Positions 50,301 to 59,166 of a stretch of DNA of 64,000 nt are shown here, in pieces. Position numbers and translations under genes: made by a program. Origin of the DNA: Basidiobolus meristosporus CBS 931.73 (taxonomy: Eukaryota; Fungi; Basidiobolomycota); the NCBI GenBank assembly GCA_002104905.1, contig MCFE01000259.1, forward strand, positions 46,919-110,918, given 5' to 3'. The notes below the pieces were generated by a model, which was not told the origin of the DNA, searched no databases, and saw nothing but the letters and a program-made list of their open reading frames with translations. Within the stretch, counting starts at the first letter, position 1; the number at the start of each line of letters is the position of its first letter.

Positions 50301-52066
50301 CCTTTACAAACATTCAATTTGATCGGAATTGAGTATTTTAGGCCCAAAACAAGCTGATTTTTCACCAATTGGCTCATTTTCTGTTCCCCTATGTGTCCTA
50401 GCCTCCTATGCCACGTCTCCCAGTTGGTTTCATCGGTTTCAGCAATGTTGACATACTCAGGTACAATGATCTTGCATTGTAACTTGTATATATTGTGATC
50501 TCTGATTCCCGAAGCTAATTTTTGTCCATTTTCACTCAATATTGAGCAGCTCAGCTTAGTAAAAACGAATTTCAGTCCCTGAGTAGTTGCTTTACTGACT
50601 GAGAGTAGGTTCTTAGCTATTCCAGGTACATAGAGTACGTCAGTCAGTTTTGCTGTTGTTGCCCCTGAGTTATCACTCATATTTAGTTGTATGGACCCAC
50701 TGGCGGTAGCTTCCAATGCAGAGTTATCTCCCAGATAAACCTTTCTTACGGGAATAGTCTTTAAGTTGCTGAACCAATCCTTTATACCACAAATATGCTG
50801 TGATGCTCCAGAGTCAATATACCATTCATTACTTCGGTTACTTGCACTCTCTTGTACAGTGACAAATAGCTGTTCATCAGTAGTTATATGGTTTGCCTGC
50901 TCTAGTTTCTGTTTTTCGTCTGCTTGTTTCTTCTTGCATTCTCTTGCCCAGTGTCCTGGCTTCTTACAGTAGTTACAGCAGCCAGGTTTTCTTCGGTTTT
51001 GTTGCTTTCCCTTCTTTTCTGTATGCCTTTCTGAACTGAATAAAGCATTATCTTCAATTTTCTCTGCTTGGTCATTACGTCTGAGTTCTTCATGGAGAAG
51101 TTTTCCTTTGACATAGTCTAAAGTCAAGTTGTCTTCTCTGCTTTCAAAAGAAAGTATGAGTGGCTCATACTCGTCTGGTAGGCTGCAAAGCAGACAGAGT
51201 ATCTTTTCTTCATCATCTACACCAGCATTAATACTGTAAAGTTCTTCTGCAAGTGTCTCCATTCTGGTAATGAGTTGTAGCATGTCATCATCTGGCTTTT
51301 TTCTCATGTTGAAGAACTTTCGTTTCAAATAAAGCTTGCTTGATACTGACTTTGCTCTAAAGATCTTCTCCAAGGATTCCCATGCTGCTTTGGCAGTATT
51401 TGAGGCATGGATTTGTCCAATGAAGGAGTCTTGCACATTGATGCATATTGCATTGAAGGCCTTTCTCTCCTTCTCTTGAAACTTCTCCACATCTTCTGCT
51501 GTTCCTTTGGGCTCAACTTCCTTTCCTGTTACTATATTCCAAAGCTTTCTTTCCTCAAGGTGGATCTGCATCTTGATTCTCCAAAGTCTGTAGTTCTTCC
51601 CATCAAACCTCTCCTTTACAGGGAAGATGTTGGTATTGCTTTGTTTGCTGGTAGAAGTCATCTTTAGAATAGATTAAGGCAATCGGGGCTCATAACCTGT
51701 TGCAATTTAAGAAGTGATTTGGATATAAGGAACTTATCAAGAAATAGTGATAATAGTTGAACTGTTGTTTATTCATAAAGAAGCTCAGTATTTATACCTT
51801 TGTAGAAGTAATACAGCTGCAACACTAAGTAGGGAGGGTTTCTCAATATTCAGGAGCATTCTGTAACAGTTTCAGGGTTAGTACATAATGTTTGGTAATA
51901 GTGCTAATTTGATCCTGACTATAGGGGAATAATCATAAGATCATATATCTGGAGAAAGTGGCGAAGTAAAGGCAGTAAATGAGTCCTACAGTGACTAAGA
52001 CTAGCCTAGAATTGTTAAGTAAATTTTTTGCTGCTGAATGATACCAAATAGTCCAATATTTCAACA
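47381..52066 (-). mobile_element. Intact Ty1/copia LTR retrotransposon, family B copy 1
   Basis: 369-bp LTRs (47381-47749, 51698-52066) with no difference found by eye, TSD GTGAC, PBS GGTTATGAGCCCC (51685-51697), PPT AGTTGAGGGGGAG (47750-47762). Confidence 0.98.
47744..51661 (-). CDS. Copia gag-pol polyprotein, 1305 aa (gag, CCHC knuckle, protease, integrase, RT, RNase H)
   Basis: Uninterrupted ORF with CNYCKKPGHWAREC, WYIDSGASQH, WHRRLGH, HSD/SDNGGEY/AE integrase triad, YVDDL and ADILTKPL. Confidence 0.97.
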   Translation of the reverse strand: MTSTSKQSNTNIFPVKERFDGKNYRLWRIKMQIHLEERKLWNIVTGKEVEPKGTAEDVEKFQEKERKAFNAICINVQDSFIGQIHASNTAKAAWESLEKIFRAKSVSSKLYLKRKFFNMRKKPDDDMLQLITRMETLAEELYSINAGVDDEEKILCLLCSLPDEYEPLILSFESREDNLTLDYVKGKLLHEELRRNDQAEKIEDNALFSSERHTEKKGKQQNRRKPGCCNYCKKPGHWARECKKKQADEKQKLEQANHITTDEQLFVTVQESASNRSNEWYIDSGASQHICGIKDWFSNLKTIPVRKVYLGDNSALEATASGSIQLNMSDNSGATTAKLTDVLYVPGIAKNLLSVSKATTQGLKFVFTKLSCSILSENGQKLASGIRDHNIYKLQCKIIVPEYVNIAETDETNWETWHRRLGHIGEQKMSQLVKNQLVLGLKYSIPIKLNVCKGCSYGKQARQRFKSSEGINTTEILAIVHSDICGPMRTLSFGAKRYFMTFIDDKTRYTWVYFLKTKDEALETFKHFKNMAETQTGCKLKVLRSDNGGEYCSKEFAKYCLSTGILQQTTVPHTPQQNGVAERANRTIVEMGRSMLHDKGMDYKFWAESVATAVYIKNRCPTTALRDSTPFEAYTGKKPDLQHLRIFGSDVFYHIPDKKRSKLEPKSRKGIFLGYCEGTKGYRVYDGEIQKLIKSRDVVFEENSDQKATEIIGQLPDDAINTNEEDTYQIQPEMEDTSTSSRSEQIIPVRRSTRIRNAPGSWWQTSNDHEEAYLALCAEPQNLEQAMQGPDATKWQQAMQEEYQSLIKAKTWELVDLPNGRKPIGCRWVYKIKITSNGAVDKYKARLVAKGYSQIQGLDFKETFAPVAKFNSIRTVLALAAVHSLDLHQMDVKTAFLNGDLQETIYMEQPEGFTDPKSPHKVCKLRKLLYGLKQAPRAWYNKIDTYLEEIGFSRSTADHSIYVKQRKKGVIILVLYVDDLIIATSDQEALKQTKSDLFSKFEMKDLGKLSYFLGIEVKFDIPTQKIVLNQSKYIRDILRRFKMENCKPAATPMDNNLKLSKSQPVMDENGSNMDQNFPYQSMVGSLMYLMVSTRPDIAVAVGIVSQFMQNYGSDQIAAVKRIFRYLQGTINMVLEYSGAANRQKFDGYSDSDWGRDLIDRRSTTGYVFLYAGAAITWNCKKQPTVALSTTEAEYMAACQATKEAIWLRKLFKDLGFNSGEPTCIYKDNQSCISLARNPTNHARTKHIDIQHHFVREAVENNLVELVYCPTDKMVADILTKPLARPQFEILREKLGLKNYLVEGEC

Positions 52067-52099
52067 GTGACAATATTTGCATGTTATTGTTGCTATCTT

Positions 52100-55001
52100 T
52101 CAGCGCTTGATTACTATTTTAAGTGGATCCAGTTGGCCAGGACCTCCAATTGCCTTATATGGCAAGAAACTTGACGGTATTTTGACGGCCTCACAGCAAG
52201 ACTCTGATGGCTTTTTCTTGGCAGTATGACGGCCTGCTGCTGGTTCTGTATAATGCTACTGTACCAATTTACCAAATGGTATTTCCTTTTTCTACCTCCC
52301 CTTGTGCAATTCATATATTCCACTGTAGAATCACCTTTCTTTATTTGCTTACCCACTACTACCTTGGGTATTCCATATATAGTTCAAGTCAAAAAAAAAC
52401 TATGACCTCCTGCTTACTAACCTCTACAAACATGCACACCTGCCACAATTGACATACTTCTATCACCTCAACTCTACGCCTTTTGGTGTGATACTTGCAA
52501 AATTGCTATATACCTTGTACTGCTGGTAGCATATACATCTTGCAAACATATGCTTGGTTGTTGCCACTTCTGCCATGAATACCTCCTGAATATTGGCAAA
52601 GAACTTCTTGCTATTTAGCCAATATATTCCTTCTCCCTGCTGGATTCTTGTCCCCCTTATAGGTGCGCTCTGGCCTTTGTTTGTGTGAATTCCATATTGA
52701 ATGGTGTAGAAGTTGGCTTGTGACCACAAGAAATCTGGCATATCTAGGTGGGGTTTTCCAAGTAAAAATTAGTTGCTTGTTGCACACAACCTAACTTGGC
52801 ATTACTTAACTGAATACCCACGCATTGGGGCTGCTGTGCTTCTTAACGCCATAGGCATAGATGTCTCCATGTGCACATTTGTCCTCAGTATTTTCCAACT
52901 CTTTCTGGCTGTCCTCCATGTGCCAACTCATCACATCCATGATGGACTTGAAGATAATATTCTTGATGAGATTGGGATATGGTAGTACCTGCAACTTGAC
53001 TTGTCTTCCTATCTCCCCACACATCTGCTCCATAGGAAACTCTCAAAAGGTGAAGCAAGGCCCTATACTCTCCACACACCATGCAAGATGGAGTAGAGAA
53101 TGGATACAGTAGCGGCAGAGATCTACACGCTCAGCTTTATGTTTATAGTGTAGCCACTCAAATCCCGCCACAAACGCCTCACACAACAGCTGTAGATGCG
53201 TCAAGTTGGCATTGCTGATCCGCTTCTGGATAAATATTTCTGCAATGTCCACATATGACTCCCAATTCTTCCAATGTACTCTTGGTAGGAATGGCTTCAG
53301 AATACCACTTGAATTAATACATATCCAGTTCATCCAGTCTTTGCATTTGTATTGTTGCATATGCATATGAATATTAATTGGAGCTTGTGAGAAGTACTTA
53401 GGGTAGCAGATACTCTGTAATATCTTGCCAATTTTTCAAATTTCTCCGGTATCTCAAAGGGCTCATGTAGCTTGAAATGCCCCACGTACAACTTGGTCAT
53501 CAGTATAGGGATATTTTTGAAAAGCATATGCATTGCTTGCAGTGGAAAGCTTTTGCTCCAACAGATACCCTCTATCTTAAGTATCTCCGGTTTCCAATTG
53601 ATTCCACATTCCGGCCAATGGCTTATACCTTGCTAACTTTGCTGCAATTGCATGCTTACTTCTGTATGTTCTCTCTGTGGAAAGATGATGTTCTTAGTGC
53701 TGGTGTTTGGATAATAATAATGTGTGTCAGTTATGGAGTAAATCCCCTGGATCCCACACATTCAACAGCAATACCAATCATTGTGCCCAGAAAAACCTGC
53801 TATCTTGCTGATGGCTGGGGTATCTCCAATGCAGATAATAGTATGCACTTTTACATGACAGCAATCCCCTGGATCTCACACATTTGACAGCAATACCATC
53901 CATTGTGCCCAGAGAAACCAGCTATCTGCTGATGGCTGGGGTATCTCCAATGCAGATAAAGATATGTGCTTTTATATTACTGCCATTTACAGTTATCCCA
54001 CTGGAAAGCATACAAAATTCATTCAGCAATGGATAAAGGTAGCTATCCAGGTTGGACGGTGATTTAGGCCCAGATACCAGTGAGACTGCCATGAGATTAT
54101 TGCTCTGATACCGTAAGATGGGCGGCAGATTCAGACTGATGAGACTCAGTGGCCAGCAGGATTTGCTGGTAGAGTACTTGTTTAATGAGAATCCATCAAG
54201 TGCTAAAGCAAAAGCATGGTCATACATACCTTCAAAGTAGCCCTTGCTTTTTAGCTGTTTGTAATGTCAGCCATTGAATATATTGGATATGTTTGCGCTT
54301 GATTGATACTGAGTGCAGTACTGTATAGCTTTGCAATATTTGTTGGACTGCATCAGCTTCCTCAGATGGGGTATGACCAGAATATATCCAGAGTGTGAAC
54401 AATGTTTTCCCTCAATGGTGGTGGATTTGTGACAATTTGGACACATTGCAATGGTAGAATTTTTGGATGTGAATGCCATGCAACTGTTAACACATGCTGG
54501 AATCAGGACAGTCTCTGGATCATATGTTGCTAGCCACATGACGGTTGTCCACTTGTACCATGTACATTGTAAGTTGCATCCTGGTATGATTTTGGCAAGA
54601 AGTAGTAATAAATCCTCAAAGCCCCCATTACTGATATTAGTGGAAAAGCGCCAGTTCTCTAGCCACAACATGACATCATTCACCAGTAGATGGATTACTG
54701 GGCACACTTGGCTCCATAAAGTATCCTTGGCATTTGTCTCAATGGGTGTTGTCTCATTGCATATAGGGATTAGACCGGGCTCATACATGGTACTGCTGTT
54801 AGGGGAGATAGGCTGAAAATCCATCAGTGAACCTTCTTTGTCAGAGCTATCACTCTGCTTGCCATATTCAGAAGGCTGAGGTGAGCCTAAAGGCATCACA
54901 AACTCACCTGACTCAGTTTGCGCAAGGTGACAAAGACAGCTAGGTGCCAACATAGAAGTATCAACTGGCCGGCAAGATAATGTTGGTACAGTAGTGACCA
55001 A
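52100..55001 (-). pseudogene. Tnp2 (Transposase_21)-type CACTA transposase, disrupted
   Basis: ALDGFSLNKYSTSKSCWPLSLISLNLPPILRYQSNNL...GPKSPSNLDSYLYPLL...IGDTPAIS; HSLLHLAW...FPMEQMCGEIG; several stops and frameshifts. Confidence 0.9.
53741..53984. repeat. Diverged 122-bp tandem duplication inside the transposase
   Basis: AATCCCCTGGATC...GCAGATA at 53741 and again at 53863; single in copy 2. Confidence 0.85.
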
Positions 55002-55419
55002 TGAATGGTCAAATATGACTTGGTTGGCAAAATACTGGCCGTGATCCTTGTAATACTTCCTATGCTGTGTGCATGCTTCATGGCTGGGAGGCTTGCCACA
55101 ATAGCCACATGGTCTTTATTCTCTTCTCTTACAGCATTGAGTCAAAGTAGTCTTTCCCATAGGGCAAACAGTTTGACCTTCATCAACATAATGCTATTAT
55201 ATCACTTTTTGGTCAATACTCATGTGAACTTAAGACAGTCTTGTATTTGAGACATTGCACCTACATGAATGTAAGATTCAATGATGACCCACCATAGTAA
55301 GCATTATAAATAAAGTTGTGGCACTACATACTCACATATATATAACACTATTACCCCTTTGGTTTGACTCACTTCCATATATATGCTGCCAAAAAATAAA
55401 GCAAAGCTGTCTGGTTCTT

Positions 55420-57337
55420 AACCAAACCCTACCGCTGATGGCAACAGAAGAATGGTTGGACAACAGCTTGCTTTGACATTCAGTGCAACAAGTGGGGCTA
55501 CATCCAAAAAAGGCCCTGTGGACAGTGTGCCCATTGAAGGTAATAATGCAGACTCCTTAGGCTCTCAGTCAAGTAGGCAATTGAGAACCTCTGCGGAGCC
55601 ACAAGCTGACCATTATGCTCAGGCAGATGAGAATGTAGCAAATGCAGTACCCTCTGTTGAAGATCAGCAAGTGGCCACAATAACATCACCACCACCCATA
55701 TAGGCAAGTATGTTGTCAGCTTATACCAAAGCATTAATGAAGCAATTAGGTGCGGTGGCTGATAGGATAGATGCAATGGCCTAGAGAAATCAGGAAGTAG
55801 TCAAGAAACAGGATAAGAGGATAATATGTGTAGAGCAATCAATATCCCAGGTAGAGAAAGCAGTATCTTTGCTGCAAATAAGGAACTCAAGTAGCTCAAT
55901 GTCAGAGCCAACTATTTAGCCATTTCCCAATGTAACAGCAGAGGAACACCGTACAGTCTTTGAAGCACAACAACAGTGCCCAAAGTGAAGCCCACAGAAA
56001 AACCTATCACAGCATGGGAGGGAGACAATGTGGTGTTTATACCAAAGCCTAAAAATCAAAAGACATTGAAGATCTGTGAAGCCATTGAGTGTAATAATGA
56101 AGAGTGGGCTACTATACATGAGGCCATCAGAAGTCTAGCATGCCATCACCTTAAGGCTGGCATACCATGGGACCATAAGGAACTCAAGGCCAAGCAGAAT
56201 GCACTTGACTTGTTCCATGAGCATTATCCTGGATTCAAACAGGCAAACGGATTTTGGGTCAGCATTGGTATGCTAAGAAAGTATCTTAAGAATAGCAGAA
56301 ACTATCAAAGGCAGAAGAGCAAGGGTGCCTTGGCTAAAAACCAGCAGCTTCCTCAAGAGCCTGTTACAAGCAGGGCCAAAAGCTCCAGACAAGCATCAAA
56401 GAGACATCAGGCAGCTGGAAGAGTGCAAATTAAAAACCAGCAGGCAGACATGAATGCACCAGCACAACATTTATCAAGGAAACAGCATAGTACCACTCAA
56501 GAAGCACCCAGTCAAAGTAGCAGTGAAGGACCTGGCAGTGATAAAAACCAGCTGCTTTTACAGGAGCCCATCACAACTACAGTTAAGAGCTCAAAACAAG
56601 CTGAAAAGAAACGTCAGGTTGCCAGAAGAGTGCCAACAAGGGACAAGCAGGCCAAAACAGATGCGTCAGAGCAGAACTTATCCAGGAGAAAATGTAGTTC
56701 TTTACAAGAAGCACTCAGACAAAGTAGCAGTGAAAGACCTGGCAGTGATAAAGGAAAAGGTAAAGGGAAAAATGTCTACCCAAGCCTGAGACAGGGAGGC
56801 ATGCAAAAAAAACTGCAGTTCTTGCCAATTAACACCACAAGCCAGGAACAGACTGAATCCCACCATAGCCAAGAAGAATTACCAACAAGAAAACAGCTGT
56901 TCTCACAAGAGTTGGAAGCGCAGCCAGGTGAGCCACACTCCAGCAAGGTAGACAAGTCTGCTGAAAAGGGCAATTTGTCTACCACAGCCTCCATTGTTGA
57001 CAGTGTGGAGATCCCACTGACAGACAAGGTCACAATTTCAAAAGCTCAGAAGACTATCACAATGCCTTCAGTGGAGTTTTGAAACATCAATAGGCACACC
57101 AAGAGGTTGCAGCACTTCTTCAAGAGCAGTGCTCAAGAAAATGCACTGGAATATTGCAAGGATTTATTTTAAAGACTGGCAGATGAGGAGCTAGACCTTG
57201 CAGTGCTGACTGAAGAACAGGACATGTGGGAACCAGTGAATGAACAGTGGCATAAAGCCGTTGGGTTCCTGCCAAAGTCATGGAACCAGAGTGTTACAGC
57301 AGAAATACTTATTGAGTGGTGGATTTTAATGGTGTGA
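55420..57337 (+). pseudogene. Accessory (non-transposase) gene of the CACTA element, divergent from the transposase; ~600 codons with stops and one frame break
   Basis: The frame reads through single stops from ~55420 to ~55980 and from 55976 to 57337; homologous pieces at 18046-18321, 19170-19330 and 46560-46760; lies inside the TIRs. The 5' boundary is approximate. Confidence 0.75.
56338..56751 (+). repeat. 207-bp (69-aa) tandem repeat, two copies, in the accessory ORF
   Basis: NQQLPQEPVT...SSSEGPGSDK followed by NQLLLQEPIT...SSSERPGSDK. Confidence 0.85.
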
Positions 57338-57773
57338 CTTGTTGAGTGTGGGGTTGGGCTTAATGTTAGTGTAGGGTATAGAGACTTGTATAGTTCAATA
57401 CAATTGGCAATTGAGGTACAACTGAAGTTTCAATGGAAATAAATCAATTTGTACGCATGCAAAGTAAGAGAAATGGTTGAGTCAGGAAGTAAGGAGTGTG
57501 AAAAAGAGGCAACAGCCAATCAATTCACACAAATGTAGGAGGCAATAGAGTGTCCAGGATCAGAAAGTGAGCAAATTGGCAGGGAACCAATCAAAAGCCA
57601 TTTATACATTGTTGTGATGAAAAATTTTGATGAAGTTTTTTGAGAAATCTGGGGTGCAATTATTTTTCAACGGTCTCTGGATGGAGTCCTGACAAGATCA
57701 GTACCTCTTAGTCACAGGACATTAACTTTGTGACGGCCTTTTGACGGGATCATCTCAATAATTTTTCTTAGGG

Positions 57774-59166
57774 AATGTTCTGAGCTCTAATATGACATGG
57801 GGCTGCTTCAGATTCTTGATGGCTTCAACCTTCTTGGGGTCTAAGGTCACTTCTGTGCTAGTCACTATGTGTCCCAGATGTTTGACATGTTCCTTAAAGA
57901 ATTCATGCTTGGCTAGCTTGCCACAAAGGTTGTTCTCTATTAGCCTCTTCAAGACCTCTCCAAAGTGCACCAAGTCATTCTTTTCTGTCTTGCAGTATAT
58001 CAATATGTCATATAGGTAGATGATCACAAATTTGTCTAAGAACTCCTGGAAGACAGTCCGCATCAGGGTCATGAATGTTGCAGCGGTATTGATGATACCA
58101 AAACTCATGACTAAGTACTTGTAATGTCCATATCTGGTCCCAAATACCATCTTTGGGATGTCTTCTGCCTTCACCTTAATCTGGTTGTATCCTGACAAGA
58201 GGTCAATCTTGCTGAATATTGTGGCTCTGTTGAGATGGCCCAAAAGTTCATCCATCCAAGGTATGGGGTTGTCACAGCAACTGAGTTACAGGCTATGTAG
58301 TCAATGCACATCCTGAGTGTTCCATCCTTCTTCTTGATAAAAAGTACTGGTGCACCCAAAGTTGACTTGCTGAGTCTGATATATCCCTGCTCCAGTAACT
58401 GATCTATTTTTTGCTTCATCTCCTCCATCTCTAATGGACTTATTGTGTAAGGTCTCTTACTTGTTGGAGAGCTATCTCCCATTTTAATGGCATGATCTAT
58501 GTCTCTGACTGGTGGTAGGCTTACAAGGTCATCTGGATATATGTCTGAATATTCCTTCAAAAGAGGCTGGACCATCTGGGGCACTGGAGTCAAGGAATCC
58601 TCCTGTAATACTGCCATGAGGAACATCTGAGTGCCTTTTCTTAATGCTCTACAGAACTGTGTCATTATAAGTTCACTTGTTTCACACACACTGGAATTGA
58701 CCAATTTAAAGTCCAGTTGGCCAGGTAATAGCTTATAGGTCATGTTGTCCTTCTGGATCTGAGTAGCATGGGTTCTCCAGTTGATTGATGGATTACAACA
58801 AAATAGCAAGGTTTTACCAAGTACAAGGTCAAACTTAGAGTTCCCAAATATATAGGCCTGTGGATCTTCTTCATTGTTAATGATCTTCATCCTTACTGGC
58901 TGAGTAATACAATTATTTATGTGAGAGTTCCCATCAGCTGTTGAGAGTGGAGTTGAATTGATGGGTTCTCAGTCAATTCCAGCTTTCAAAGCAAATTGCT
59001 CTGACATGTACTTGCTCCTGAATCAATAATGATCTTGGCAGGTACTCCATTGATTACTCCACTCAACTATAATAGCTTTCCTGAGCTTAAGGTCATCTGG
59101 GATAAGTATTCTTTGTCATATGAAAGGTGAGTATGGAGTGTTCTTCAAGTTCATTGCCCATGTTAC
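57774..59166 (-). mobile_element. Old Ty3/gypsy host element, protease to RT part
   Basis: FSKIDLLSGYNQI, FVIIYLYDILIY (decayed YLDD), KKKDGTLRMCIDY. Confidence 0.9.

Larger units (their letters stand above)
47180..57773 (-). mobile_element. Complete CACTA/EnSpm-superfamily DNA transposon with CCCTA termini (copy 3; ~5.9 kb without the nested copia)
   Basis: TIRs CCCTATGAAAAATAATT (47180) and CCCTAAGAAAAATTATT (reverse complement ending 57773), 15/17 match; 3-bp TSD AAT; excision restores the host gypsy RT frame; Tnp2-type transposase inside. Confidence 0.92.

Noticed and set aside
48795-51667. Antisense and alternative-frame ORFs over copia B1, with twins over B2 (e.g. 48795-49109, 50022-50357, 51407-51667)
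   Set aside because: Shadow ORFs of the pol frame; their recurrence only reflects the duplicated element.
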